Source: Deltaproteobacteria bacterium (GTDB taxonomy: Bacteria > Desulfobacterota_D > UBA1144 > Nemesobacterales > CSP1-2). Taken from it: 64,000 nt of DNA. The translations under genes were made by a program, and so were the position numbers. How positions within the stretch are numbered: position 1 is the first letter of the stretch; the number at the start of each line of letters is the position of its first letter. The DNA is taken from the NCBI GenBank assembly GCA_052390235.1, contig JBQTHB010000005.1:160001-224000 (forward strand), given 5' to 3'. The notes beneath the pieces were generated by a model. The model was given only the letters and a program-made list of their open reading frames with translations, made no database searches and was not told the DNA's origin. Shown piece by piece: positions 8,764 through 19,369 of the stretch.

Positions 8764-11700
8764 TTTCCGATTCGCGATGAAGCCCAAGATTCTTTTGGTT
8801 GCTCTCTCGCTCGTTTTCGTCGTGGGCGCGCACGGAGACGATATTATCCAAAACCAAGTCGAAGACCTGAATATACTCACCTCCCAAGTATTCGGGGGAC
8901 AGCCCAACGTCCTAATGGTTTACGATAGTTCCTATTCGATGGGAACGAACTTCGGCGGCGCAGAAAGCGCTAATTGGGACAACACGAGCATCACCGCAAC
9001 GTGCGCCATAGACGCCAATCAACCTCTCTGCGGTAGTAGCCCCAACACCGACGCCTGCCGCGCGGCAAAGGCGCACTGCATGGGCAACGCCTCGGGGATA
9101 AACCCCTGCGGGAGCGCCGCCTGCTCCGGCTCAAGCTCTGGAACGTGCGCACTGCCGGATGATTTTGAGAGATTCCTCCAGTGCGTTGAATCGAAATATT
9201 CCAGCGCGATAGTTACAAATACCTTCAGCGCCGTTACAACCAACGCCTGCGGAGGCTCTTCGAGCAATCCGAGAGTGGAATGCACCACGAACGCCGAGCG
9301 CGCCCGCGCCGCCGCCGCTATGGAGAATTTCGCCCTTCTTCAGGCAAATGCGGCGAACTCCTCGCTCTTTCCTCTCACTTGCGGGGCTTCTCTCTGCTCC
9401 GCAACCGCCGACGCCGATAAGTCCTGCAACGCCGCTGACACCGGAAGCGGGAGAAACGTCGTCCCCGGAGATTATTCAAATTTTGTCTCCTGCATGAACT
9501 CAAACAGAATTCAGCCCACCGCCATTACCTGTACAGACGGGAAAAACTGCTCCCAAGGCAGATACGGCTCAACCCGTCTCGACGCCGTTATAGCGAGCTT
9601 TTTCGATTTTCTCGACGCCGATCCTAACGACGGCAACCGGCTTTCCAACTACAACTGCGATGACCCGAACAGGCTCTTCAACGGCACGAATACCTCAATA
9701 AACTGCCATGATTTTATGAACACCCCTTTCCGTGATTTAGCCAATATAGTCTCCGGGCAGAGCAACGGCAGACTCCCAATCACGAACGCGTCCGATATTA
9801 AGCTCGAAGATATACTTGACTCAAGCGACCTCAGCGCTCTGGGACTCAGAATCCGCCCCATCGTCTATGGCGGAGGCGGGGCGGCAATCAGCGGCACATC
9901 GAGCTGTACCGGAAACTCTCTCATTAAGGGGCCACAAGGGGGATTTGCAGGGGGGAGCCAGACCAATATTCAGAATATTTGGAGGTTCTTTAACCAGCTC
10001 ACCCCCGGAGGTCGCTCGATTTTGGCGGGCGCGCTGGGCTTCGACGACAATTACGCGACAAACAGCACATACGGCGACGACGCGCTAAGGGATTTTGAAC
10101 TTCAGCTCAGAACCGGAGGAAGCGACGACAGCTGCGCCGGGAATTTCACAATCATAATTTCAAATGGGCAGGATCAATGCTCAGGCGATGGCTCGGCTCT
10201 CCCCGGCTCTGCTCAGGGAGCGAATAACTTCCCTCCGATAACCGGAAACGCAAACCGCAGAAGCACCATCCAAGCCGTAAGCAACCTGAGAACGCATTTC
10301 GTAAGAAACAACCTCAATAACGGCGAGGACGCAAATAAGGAAATCATCACATTTGTCATCTGCCTAGGCGTAAATGACCCTAAATCCGTCAGAACCTGCA
10401 ATGGTATGGCTCTCGGAGGCGGCACTCATACAACCGGCATCATCCAGCACACAGACCCCGACGGAAACACCGTAGGGGCAATAGACATTGACGCAATTCT
10501 CGGAGCGGGAAACCCTGGACTAAGCAAATTCGCAAGAGCCTTAGGGATTGAAAGCGGCGCTTATCTGACCGGATGCCGCGCGGGCGAAGAAAACGAGGCG
10601 ACTGGAGCCTGCGCCTATAGTGGAGATACGGTTTTCGAGAACGCTTTCTTTAATAACTCAGGCACACTCGACACTACGGCTATCGGAGAGAGTTTCGCAT
10701 TCTTCGCCGACAGTCCCGAAGACCTAACCGCCGCCATCACCACGATTTTAGGATTCATCGAGTCTTTCCCCACCACGGGAGTCGCCCCAACTGCTCCTCA
10801 GTCCTCAACGGCTGTAGGCGTGAGAGACCGGGTTTTTCTATCGCTCCTCAGACCCATCACGGACGAGAGGCTTTGGCAGGGCAGACTCGCCCTTTACGGA
10901 TTCGCAGATGACCCGGGTAATCCCGGAAGCAGGGTTATCATTAGAAAACCGGCGAACACAAGCCAGGATTTGAGCAATGCTGATGTCGTAGCGAGCCTAG
11001 CCATATTCGACAGCGACGGAACTATAAACGATAACGCCAAGCAGTTTTTCTGGGAGGCAGGGAAAAACCTCGCGGAGAGAAATTTAAACTCGGACGCGAG
11101 ACGGCTCTTTACCATTGACAGATTGAACAATCTCGACACGACAGCTGTGAGCGGGGTAGTTCAGAGGATCAGATACAGGGGCGACCTCACGGATTTTCTC
11201 ACCACGAATTCCACCCTAACACCGGATGTGTTTGGCATAAGCGATGCGGACGTTACCAACCCAATACCCTCTTTCTGCGCGTCCTCAAGCGAGATAGCCA
11301 ACTGCACATCCGATTGCTCAAACATCACAAGCGACTCCTGCAGAACGTGCGTTAAGACCTGCATCAAAGATAAAATCATAGGATTCATGAGCGGCAACAC
11401 CGAAATTGACACCAGAGGAGACCCCCTCGGCGAGCCTACGACCGACTCCTGCTCCGGCGACCCTTCGCTCGATAAAGGGATTATCGGGTGCGGATGCCCG
11501 AATCTCGAAAACGACCCCCCGACGGGCAGTTTCGCCAGATGCTCCGTGAGACTCGGCGATATGTTCCACACATTCCCGGTTTTGGTAGGCTCTCCATCGC
11601 CGCTTTTCTTCGACACCGGGTTTCAGAACTTCGCAAGGGGATTTAGAAATAGGTCTGCCGCCGTATATTCCGGCGCGAACGACGGATTCATCCATTCATT

Positions 11701-13465
11701 CCACGCCGGAGAACTCGTTACCACCCTTCCGGCGACAAATCCTTTCACCAACGAGCAGGAAACTGTCCCCTTCTTTAACGAGGGAAGCGGCAAGGAGTTG
11801 TTCGCCTACGCCCCGCCCTCATTCCTGACCGACTCCATAGCCCCGTCGAGCAAAGCCCCGACCTCGCCCTCAGGCATCACTCCGGACTACAGATTAGGGG
11901 ATTTTAAAACCTTCATCGCCGATAATCTATTTCAGCGCTCCTTTGCCGATGGCTCCCCCTTGGTTGCGGACGTATTTGTTGACGGATTCATAAACGGCAT
12001 AGCGAATGACTCCATCTGCACTAGCGCCCCCGCCCTAGACGGGATAATTGACCCCTGCGGAAAGGAATGGCACTCTGTGCTTCTCGCCGGATACAGGAAC
12101 GGAGGCGGAGCGTACACCGCGCTCGACGTTACCAACCCCAAGTGTAGCGGCACGAGCTGCGCCTCGCTGGGACTCCAGAAAGGGTCTGGGCCGACCTATC
12201 CGAAGCACCTTTGGACAGTTTTTGATAAAAATTTCGGCAACACATGGTCAAATCCCACCATAGGAAGGGTGAGAATGACGGTTCAAAACGCCGCCGGAGC
12301 GATCATCACAACTGACAGATGGCTCATGTTCGCGGGCGGAGGCTTACACCCAACCGACACCGACCCCACAAACGGGCTCACGACGAGCATGGGCAACGCT
12401 TTTTACGCAATTGACATTCCGACCGGAAATGTCGTATTTAAATTTCACCCTGAAGGCACGCTCGCAAACGACGACAACATGGTATGCGACGTGCCAAGCG
12501 ATGTAGGCGTCTATGACCTTAACGCCGACGGCTACGCTGACATCGCAATGGTCGGGGACACCTGCGGCAGAATGTGGGAGTTTGATATTTCAAGACCCAT
12601 AAGCGGCGGGGCGGTTTCAGCTACGGGGCTTCAGGGAAACGCCGTCATAACTGCTCCCAATTGGACGGGGCATATCGCTTTTTGCGCCAACACCGCCGCC
12701 GAATGCGCCAAGGCGCAAAACCGCCCGACGCTGAACAGGCAGCCAATTTTCTTCCCTCCATCAGTGGTTTTAGACCAAATGGGCAGAAGACACGTCATAT
12801 TCACTACCGGAAATAGGAGAAATCCCACAGACCCGACCCAGTTCGGCAAGCTCTACAACTTTATTGATCCGTTCGTTCCCTCTTTCCTCGGAGGAGGGTC
12901 CCCGCCGCCGTTTAAAACAGAGGGCAGTTTCACCTCCGGGCAGATTATAATACTAGTCCCGCAAACCGGCACAGGCATAGAGAGTCAATTCACCGTTACA
13001 GGCGGAGGGAATGTGAATGGAGAGTTTATCGTGCAGTTCCCGGACAATCCAACCTCGGCGAGCGGCGGAGAAAAGGGCTTCGGCACTCCTGTGGTCATAA
13101 ACGGCGTGCTGGTATTTACGACCTTTGCGCCGGATGCGGGCTCGGGCGGGGCTTGCTCGGCGGGTTTCGGCTTGGGAAGGGTGTTTGCGCTGGATTATCT
13201 CTCAGGAGTGCCGGCTCTCATAAAAATTCCGGGGGCGCAGGGGCTGCTTCAGGGGAGCGACTCGGCTAAAGCCGCCGCTGCTGGAAGAACCGTAGCAGAG
13301 GGACTGCCCTCGCCGGCTCGGCTTACATACGGCACGAGAGGCTCGGTTATACTGACCCTTGCCTTCAGCGGCGGCCCCACAAGCGGAGGGGCGAGCTTCT
13401 TGGTGTGGGAAGCCGGAGGGTTTCTGCCGAGGACTCAGACATTTTTCTGGGAGGAGATTCTCTAG
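8753..13465 (+). CDS. pilY1: Type IV pilus tip adhesin PilY1 (copy 2)
   Basis: Collinear paralog of 1096..5967 (WQGRLALYGF, LGDMFHTFP, GANDGFIHSF, DLNADGYAD); ATG 8753 follows GGAGGGG and overlaps the pilX stop; signal peptide. Confidence 0.9.
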   Translation: MSINFRFAMKPKILLVALSLVFVVGAHGDDIIQNQVEDLNILTSQVFGGQPNVLMVYDSSYSMGTNFGGAESANWDNTSITATCAIDANQPLCGSSPNTDACRAAKAHCMGNASGINPCGSAACSGSSSGTCALPDDFERFLQCVESKYSSAIVTNTFSAVTTNACGGSSSNPRVECTTNAERARAAAAMENFALLQANAANSSLFPLTCGASLCSATADADKSCNAADTGSGRNVVPGDYSNFVSCMNSNRIQPTAITCTDGKNCSQGRYGSTRLDAVIASFFDFLDADPNDGNRLSNYNCDDPNRLFNGTNTSINCHDFMNTPFRDLANIVSGQSNGRLPITNASDIKLEDILDSSDLSALGLRIRPIVYGGGGAAISGTSSCTGNSLIKGPQGGFAGGSQTNIQNIWRFFNQLTPGGRSILAGALGFDDNYATNSTYGDDALRDFELQLRTGGSDDSCAGNFTIIISNGQDQCSGDGSALPGSAQGANNFPPITGNANRRSTIQAVSNLRTHFVRNNLNNGEDANKEIITFVICLGVNDPKSVRTCNGMALGGGTHTTGIIQHTDPDGNTVGAIDIDAILGAGNPGLSKFARALGIESGAYLTGCRAGEENEATGACAYSGDTVFENAFFNNSGTLDTTAIGESFAFFADSPEDLTAAITTILGFIESFPTTGVAPTAPQSSTAVGVRDRVFLSLLRPITDERLWQGRLALYGFADDPGNPGSRVIIRKPANTSQDLSNADVVASLAIFDSDGTINDNAKQFFWEAGKNLAERNLNSDARRLFTIDRLNNLDTTAVSGVVQRIRYRGDLTDFLTTNSTLTPDVFGISDADVTNPIPSFCASSSEIANCTSDCSNITSDSCRTCVKTCIKDKIIGFMSGNTEIDTRGDPLGEPTTDSCSGDPSLDKGIIGCGCPNLENDPPTGSFARCSVRLGDMFHTFPVLVGSPSPLFFDTGFQNFARGFRNRSAAVYSGANDGFIHSFHAGELVTTLPATNPFTNEQETVPFFNEGSGKELFAYAPPSFLTDSIAPSSKAPTSPSGITPDYRLGDFKTFIADNLFQRSFADGSPLVADVFVDGFINGIANDSICTSAPALDGIIDPCGKEWHSVLLAGYRNGGGAYTALDVTNPKCSGTSCASLGLQKGSGPTYPKHLWTVFDKNFGNTWSNPTIGRVRMTVQNAAGAIITTDRWLMFAGGGLHPTDTDPTNGLTTSMGNAFYAIDIPTGNVVFKFHPEGTLANDDNMVCDVPSDVGVYDLNADGYADIAMVGDTCGRMWEFDISRPISGGAVSATGLQGNAVITAPNWTGHIAFCANTAAECAKAQNRPTLNRQPIFFPPSVVLDQMGRRHVIFTTGNRRNPTDPTQFGKLYNFIDPFVPSFLGGGSPPPFKTEGSFTSGQIIILVPQTGTGIESQFTVTGGGNVNGEFIVQFPDNPTSASGGEKGFGTPVVINGVLVFTTFAPDAGSGGACSAGFGLGRVFALDYLSGVPALIKIPGAQGLLQGSDSAKAAAAGRTVAEGLPSPARLTYGTRGSVILTLAFSGGPTSGGASFLVWEAGGFLPRTQTFFWEEIL

Positions 13466-13482
13466 GGCGCAGAGGTGATATT

Positions 13483-14010
13483 ATGAGTGAAAAAAAAAGA
13501 AGCGGATTTAGCCTCATAGAAGCCATCGTGGTTACGGGAATAATCTCAATATTCGTCGTTCTAGCCGGAGGGCTGTCGAGCAAGGTATTTTCGCGCCGCT
13601 CGGTTGACAACATCACTCAAAACATCGCATCCACGCTTCAGCTCGTAAAACTCAAGGCGGCAAGGCAGGGTGTGGAATATCAGGCAATTTTCACCTACGA
13701 TGCCGTCGAGCAAACCCTGGAAATCGTAACCGAGCGCGGAGACAGCAACAGAGGCTCGGTTGACTACGCGGAGGAATCCTCTCATACCATAAAAGTTCTA
13801 AAGGGAATGAACATAACCCCCGCCGCGCGCACTTTTAATTTCAACCCGAATGGCACGCTCGGCGGCGCAAGCGGGACAATGCGGATAATTCCCACTACCG
13901 AAGCCAATATTAAAAAATGCGGATCCGTAGTCGTAAGCCCATTCGGCAGAATCAGAGTCATCGAAGGGAATTGGGATGGAAGCAACTGCGATGCGATTCG
14001 AGATTCCTGA
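13483..14010 (+). CDS. fimU: Type IV minor pilin FimU/FimT (GspH-like)
   Basis: SG/FSLIEAIVV; FNFNPNG and VVVSPFGRIRV GspH/FimT-type motifs; ATG 13483 after AGAGGTG. Confidence 0.75.
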   Translation: MSEKKRSGFSLIEAIVVTGIISIFVVLAGGLSSKVFSRRSVDNITQNIASTLQLVKLKAARQGVEYQAIFTYDAVEQTLEIVTERGDSNRGSVDYAEESSHTIKVLKGMNITPAARTFNFNPNGTLGGASGTMRIIPTTEANIKKCGSVVVSPFGRIRVIEGNWDGSNCDAIRDS

Positions 14011-14254
14011 GAGAGCTGTGAATTTGAGGCGGGATGCCGTCTTAAAAGATTCCTTCTGCCGTGATAGCAGAGATTAAAGCCCGGCAAGAACCCTCTTTTT
14101 TTGCCTGAAGCGCGGGGCTCCCGGGCGTTTAGCTCCGCCCTGCCGAACCTCTCAAAAATTAATTTGCTTAATGAAGGATAGTAAGGATAATTTTAAGCGA
14201 AACCTTCACCTTCACTTTGAGAGGCTGAAAATATTGAGTAAAATCATAACCCTA

Positions 14255-17158
14255 ATGAAGAGAATACACATTGTTTTCATTATTCTCGTGCCTTTGGTTT
14301 ACTTCTCTTTTTTCTCGTCCGGCCTCGATAAAGTCGAATCCCTAGGCAGAGAGAGCCTCGGCGTTTTCCCCTCGGTCAAGCAGTATGTCAATAGGTACTA
14401 TGTTGACCAATCGGCTGTAAACCCAAGGGTAATGCTGTTTAGCGGTCTCGAAAAGCTGGAGAGGACGCTCGATGAGGTTCTAGTTGAGTTCCCCGACGGC
14501 AAAGACGGCTCTGTGCTTCGGGTTCAAGTTATGAGAGAAGAGAGGGTATTCGATATAAGCCGCGTTTTCGACCTTGACGACACCGAAGAGGTAATGGAGA
14601 AGGTTTTCCAGTTCATAGCCCCGCGCCTTGAGCCTAAGAATTCAAAGCTGCTTGATGTGGAATACGCCGTGGTGGACGAGATGATGAAAACCCTTGACGC
14701 TCATTCCGGCATTATCCCCCCGGAGGTCTATAAGGAATTCATGATAGAAACCGAGGGGAGTTTCGGAGGGCTTGGAATAGTCATCGGGCTTAGAAACAAT
14801 CAGCTCACGGTCATAGCCCCAATTGAAGGCACTCCGGCTTACAAGTCAGGAATAAAACCAAACGATAAAATTGTCCAAATCGGGGACGAATCCACGGTGA
14901 ATATGTCTCTGGTGGAAGCCGTCGGCAAGCTCCGAGGCGCAAGGGGAACACCGGTTAGCATATTTGTCCTCAGAGATGGTTTCGCCGAGCCTAAGCAGTT
15001 CTCCATAATAAGAGACATTATACGCATCGAGAGCGTCGAGGCGTTTAATCTCAGCGGCGGAGTGGGCTATGTGAGAATCAGGGACTTTCAGAAGAACACC
15101 TTAACTAGCCTTCAGGAGAGCATCGCCAATATTGGGAAGAATGAAAATCTGCGGGGGATAATACTCGACCTCAGGGGGAATCCCGGAGGCTTACTAGACC
15201 AGGCTGAGAGGGTATCAGACCTTTTTCTCAAAAAAGGGGTCATCGTTACAACAAAAGTGGGAGAATCAAAAAAACGCTTCAGCGCCACCGAGGGGAGTCA
15301 TGAGTTCAGCGGCAGAGTCGTGGTTCTAGCCGACTCCGGCAGCGCAAGCGCATCTGAAATCGTGGCGGGAGCGCTTAAGAACAACGGACGCGCCACCCTT
15401 ATCGGAGAGACCACTTTCGGCAAGGGTTCGGTTCAGCAGATTTTCGAGCTAAACGACAACTCCGCCCTGAAACTCACCATAGCCGCGTATCTCACCCCCG
15501 GCGACATCTCCATTCAAGACACCGGCATCACACCCGACATAATGCTACATCCCGCGGTAATATCGAAAGACAACGTGCTTTTCAACGCCCCTTCCACACA
15601 GGAGCGCGAGAACAAACCCAACGGGCAGAAGCAACAATCAACCGAGAAGCCAGTTTACTCCATAACCTATCTCGAATCCCCCGCCGCCGAGGCTTCTTCG
15701 CAGGAGGAGCAAACCCCTGAAGAGGCGCTGAGCAAGGAGGAGAAGAGGAAAAAACTCGAAGCCGATTTTTATATAAAAACGGCAAGGGAGCTTATTCTCT
15801 CCTCGAATTCCCCTTCGAGGGAGGCAACGCTGACTCAATCGAGCGCGAAGATTGAGCAAATCTCCAAAAGCGAAGAGCAGAAGATTGTGGAGCGCTGGAA
15901 GAGCCTTGGGATTGACTGGTCGGAAGGGGGAAATGGCGTCTCGCCTCGTCCCTCAGTGTCGGTGAGCATCTCTCCGCCGACGCTGAGAATCAAAGCCGGC
16001 GAGAAACTCACGTTCTTTGTAGAGGCCGAGAACACGGGGATTTTACCGGTCTATAGGCTCTCGGCGATAGCAAAATCCGAAAATGCCCTATTTAACGGCA
16101 GGGAATTTATATTCGGCAAACTCGACCCCGGACAAAAGGGCAAGTGGTCAGCGACGGTTGAAGCCCCAAAATGGGTATTGAGCCGCGAGGACGAGATTTC
16201 TCTTAAATTCAAGGACTCGTCGAGCGCCGAGACGCCGGATTTCAAGTTCAAGATAGAGACTCAAGAGATAAAACGCCCTGTGTTCGCCTTCAACTACGAG
16301 GTGGTGGACGATGGGCGCTACGGCTCGATGGGAAACGGGAACGGAGTGCCGGAAGTGGGCGAGAGAATCGGGCTATTGCTTAGGGTGAAAAACATAGGGG
16401 ACGGGGATTCGGAAAAAGTGGTTTTGGCTCTTAAAAATATGTCAGGGGATAAGATATTTCTCAAAAACGGGAGGGCGGATTTCGAGCGTCTCTCTGCCGG
16501 CGAGATTAAGCAGACGGCTCTGACCTTTGACGTAAAGAAATTTGACTCGAAAATCCTCATGGAGCTTCAAATCCTAGATGAGGTGTTCAGAGACGGAATT
16601 ACGAGCAAAATCCTCATCCCCGAGGACAGCACTGAAAAAGGGTTGGTGAGCAGAGCCCTTGGGAGCAGAGTTCTAAAGGACGACGCCCCGATAAGAGGCG
16701 GCAGTTTCAGCGATGCCCCGGTGCTTGCCCTCTCCTCGAAGGGGTCTATTTTTAAGACCTTGGGCGAAAAAGAGGACTGGATTAAAATTATTCTAAACGA
16801 AAACCTAAATGGCTGGATAAGCAAAGACGACGTTGAAACCGTAGATTTCACCGCAGACGGCGCACAGTTCAGAGAGATATTCAAAGACCCGCCCTCAGTT
16901 GAGGTTTTCAGCCCGCCGCTCTCTACGACTTCGGGTGAGTTAAACCTAAAGGGTCTAATCAAAGATAAAGACGGAGTGGAACTCATATCCGTTTTCGTAG
17001 GGGACGATAAAGTAAAGCTCCTGCCCTCGGGGGCGAGGGAAGTGCCAATTTCCCTGAAACTCAAGCTCAAGGACGGGATAAACCTCATAACTCTGGTTGC
17101 TAAGGATAAAGCCGGTCTCGTGTCGCGGGAGAGTTTTGTCGTAAGAAAGGAAGGCTGA
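14255..17158 (+). CDS. Large S41 (CtpA/Prc-like) protease with PDZ and C-terminal beta-rich/SH3-like domains (MXAN_5808-like)
   Basis: GSFGGLGI PDZ, LDLRGNPGG, SASASE, TFGKGSVQ, GITPD motifs; N-terminal TM; long C-terminal extension. Start 14255 chosen over 14171. Confidence 0.85.
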   Translation: MKRIHIVFIILVPLVYFSFFSSGLDKVESLGRESLGVFPSVKQYVNRYYVDQSAVNPRVMLFSGLEKLERTLDEVLVEFPDGKDGSVLRVQVMREERVFDISRVFDLDDTEEVMEKVFQFIAPRLEPKNSKLLDVEYAVVDEMMKTLDAHSGIIPPEVYKEFMIETEGSFGGLGIVIGLRNNQLTVIAPIEGTPAYKSGIKPNDKIVQIGDESTVNMSLVEAVGKLRGARGTPVSIFVLRDGFAEPKQFSIIRDIIRIESVEAFNLSGGVGYVRIRDFQKNTLTSLQESIANIGKNENLRGIILDLRGNPGGLLDQAERVSDLFLKKGVIVTTKVGESKKRFSATEGSHEFSGRVVVLADSGSASASEIVAGALKNNGRATLIGETTFGKGSVQQIFELNDNSALKLTIAAYLTPGDISIQDTGITPDIMLHPAVISKDNVLFNAPSTQERENKPNGQKQQSTEKPVYSITYLESPAAEASSQEEQTPEEALSKEEKRKKLEADFYIKTARELILSSNSPSREATLTQSSAKIEQISKSEEQKIVERWKSLGIDWSEGGNGVSPRPSVSVSISPPTLRIKAGEKLTFFVEAENTGILPVYRLSAIAKSENALFNGREFIFGKLDPGQKGKWSATVEAPKWVLSREDEISLKFKDSSSAETPDFKFKIETQEIKRPVFAFNYEVVDDGRYGSMGNGNGVPEVGERIGLLLRVKNIGDGDSEKVVLALKNMSGDKIFLKNGRADFERLSAGEIKQTALTFDVKKFDSKILMELQILDEVFRDGITSKILIPEDSTEKGLVSRALGSRVLKDDAPIRGGSFSDAPVLALSSKGSIFKTLGEKEDWIKIILNENLNGWISKDDVETVDFTADGAQFREIFKDPPSVEVFSPPLSTTSGELNLKGLIKDKDGVELISVFVGDDKVKLLPSGAREVPISLKLKLKDGINLITLVAKDKAGLVSRESFVVRKEG

Positions 17159-17168
17159 CGGTCGCCTG

Positions 17169-18098
17169 ATGATAAAATTCATTCTACGGCGCGTTCTGAC
17201 CGGGGCTTTAGTCGTGTTTACGGTGGCGACCATCACGTTTTTTCTGCTCCGCGTACTGCCCGGAGGCCCGTTTGACGCCGAGAAAAAACTCCCCCCCATT
17301 ATACTCAAAAACATCGAAAAAATATATAGCCTCGACAAACCCCTTTGGAGCCAGTACACAGGTTACCTCTCGAATCTGGCGCGATTCGATTTTGGTCCCT
17401 CCTATAAGTACGTTGACAGGTCGGTAAACGAGGTCATTGAACAGACCCTGCCGGTTTCGCTAAAACTGGGGCTGGCGGCTCTCCTCGTGTCCGTCCTTCT
17501 GGGGACTGTCGTCGGGACGATTTCAGCCACTCGCCCAAGAGGGGCGTTTGATTTCATCTCGGTTTCCTTTGCAACGGCGCTTGTTTCCGTGCCGAGCTTC
17601 GTGCTTGGGGCGGCGCTCATATATTTTCTCTCTCTACAGCTCGGATGGTTTCCGGCGGCACTCTGGGGAAGGGCGGAGCATTATGTGCTTCCCGCGCTGA
17701 CCCTTGCTGGAGGGCCAACGGCGTACCTTGCGCGCCTGACGCGAGGGAGTATGCTGGAGGTGCGCGAGACTCTATTCGTGAGGACGGCGCGGGCGAAGGG
17801 GCTTGGGGAGATAACAATTACCGTAAAGCACACGCTCCGAAACGCCCTAATCCCCGTAGTTACAGTGCTTGGGCCCATTTCGGCGTATCTCATTACAGGC
17901 TCTTTTGTGGTGGAACATATTTTCGCCGTCCCAGGGATGGGGCGTTTTTTTGTCTTCGCCGTCTCGAACAGGGATTATCCGCTCGTGATGGGAATCACCA
18001 TTGTCTATACAATAATTCTCGTGCTGGCAAATCTCGTTGTTGACCTGCTTTATGTCTGGCTCGACCCGCGAATAAAGTTCGATAAGGGCAGGCATTAG
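17169..18098 (+). CDS. oppB: Oligopeptide ABC transporter permease
   Basis: LPGGPF, DFGPSY, FVRTARAKGL EAA loop, HTLRNALIP, DPRI. Confidence 0.9.
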   Translation: MIKFILRRVLTGALVVFTVATITFFLLRVLPGGPFDAEKKLPPIILKNIEKIYSLDKPLWSQYTGYLSNLARFDFGPSYKYVDRSVNEVIEQTLPVSLKLGLAALLVSVLLGTVVGTISATRPRGAFDFISVSFATALVSVPSFVLGAALIYFLSLQLGWFPAALWGRAEHYVLPALTLAGGPTAYLARLTRGSMLEVRETLFVRTARAKGLGEITITVKHTLRNALIPVVTVLGPISAYLITGSFVVEHIFAVPGMGRFFVFAVSNRDYPLVMGITIVYTIILVLANLVVDLLYVWLDPRIKFDKGRH

Positions 18099-18383
18099 AT
18101 TTATCTAGCGCGAGGAGGCAGGGGAATAAAGCCGGAGACTCTACCTTGGGCGTCAGATGCCTAGAGAGGCAGAGGAATCTCATCGAAAATTTCTCGCCCA
18201 TGGGCAAGCTGAGTACAAGTTTGAGCGGAGTCGAACTCTGGATTCCTGTAGCGCCAAAGAAGTGGGTAGAACTGTGAGTAAGTATCAGGTTAAAATCCGC
18301 GAGCCATTTATCTCGAGAATTAAATTTGACTTAAATGCTATGGGTACGCAATCCGAGCCGTGAGCGCGAAAGTAGGACAGCCG

Positions 18384-19118
18384 ATGCGAAACATCAGACT
18401 CATCATCGAATACGACGGCACGAATTACCTAGGGTGGCAGAGGCAACCCCAAGGGGCTACGGTTCAGCAGGTTATTGAAGAGGCTATCTTTAAAATCACA
18501 GGAGAGGCGGCAACCCTCTTCGGCTCAGGCAGAACCGACTCCGGCGTCCACGCCATCGCCCAAGCCGCAAATTTCAGAACCGAAAGCCTCATTGCGGCGG
18601 TAAATATCGAGATGGGGCTAAATTCAATCCTCCCGGATGATATATCCATTGCCCGCGCCGAGGAGGTTTCAGCCAATTTTCACGCTCAATTCGACGCCCG
18701 AAGCAAGACCTATCTGTACAGAATCCTAAACAGAGGCAACCGCTCGGCTCTGCTAAGGCGAAGGGTTTGGCAGATTCCTCACGCGCTTGATGTAGCGAAA
18801 ATGGCTGAAGCGGCGGAAATTCTATTGGGGGAGCATGATTTCCGCGTCTTTGCCCTCGCCGGATGGGGGGTGAGAACTACGGCGCGAACGGTTCTTAGGG
18901 CTGATTTCGAGCGCGTAGAAGATGAAATTCGGTTTGAGATAGAAGCCACGGGGTTTCTCAAGGGGATGGTTAGATTAATCGTGGGTACGCTCGCTCAGGT
19001 GGGAAGAGGGAGAATCACGCCGGAGGATTTTCACCGAATTTTGGATTTGGGAGCGAAAACCAAGCACGTCCACTCAGCCCCCGCGCGGGGACTCTATCTC
19101 AAAGAGGTCAAATACTGA
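18384..19118 (+). CDS. truA: tRNA pseudouridine(38-40) synthase
   Basis: EYDGTNYLGWQRQ, GSGRTDSGVHA, GEHDF, GFLKGMVR, APARGLYL. Confidence 0.96.
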   Translation: MRNIRLIIEYDGTNYLGWQRQPQGATVQQVIEEAIFKITGEAATLFGSGRTDSGVHAIAQAANFRTESLIAAVNIEMGLNSILPDDISIARAEEVSANFHAQFDARSKTYLYRILNRGNRSALLRRRVWQIPHALDVAKMAEAAEILLGEHDFRVFALAGWGVRTTARTVLRADFERVEDEIRFEIEATGFLKGMVRLIVGTLAQVGRGRITPEDFHRILDLGAKTKHVHSAPARGLYLKEVKY

Positions 19119-19123
19119 CATCG

Positions 19124-19151
19124 GCGGGGATGGCTAATTAACCATCCCCGC
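19124..19151 (+). terminator. Hairpin after truA (possible terminator)
   Basis: GCGGGGATGG-8nt-CCATCCCCGC perfect 10-bp stem; no clear U-tract. Confidence 0.4.
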
Positions 19152-19201
19152 AGGAAATTATTGGATGCGCGCAAACCATTTCCATCGGGTAAATCTTTAA
19201 C

Positions 19202-19230
19202 TTGACATAAATGGCGAATCCGCTTAATAT
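19202..19230 (+). promoter_or_regulatory. Putative sigma70 promoter of the cytochrome oxidase operon
   Basis: TTGACA-N17-TAATAT. Confidence 0.55.
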
Positions 19231-19369
19231 CTAGCTTGATTTAAGCGGCAGACGGTATTATCCCCTCGCAATCATAGCTCATAAACGTGGTATTTAGGAT
19301 AAATGTGAAGCTATGACCGGCAATTAGAAAGGGGGGTTATCCGCGTGGGAAAATAGGGAAATAGAGCTG

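Noticed and set aside
1096..13465. DGR or shufflon acting on the pilY1 pair
   Set aside because: No reverse transcriptase or recombinase in the window; differences are not adenine-specific; no inverted recombination sites
18157..18363. 68-aa ORF between oppB and truA as an oppC remnant
   Set aside because: No hydrophobic segments or permease motifs
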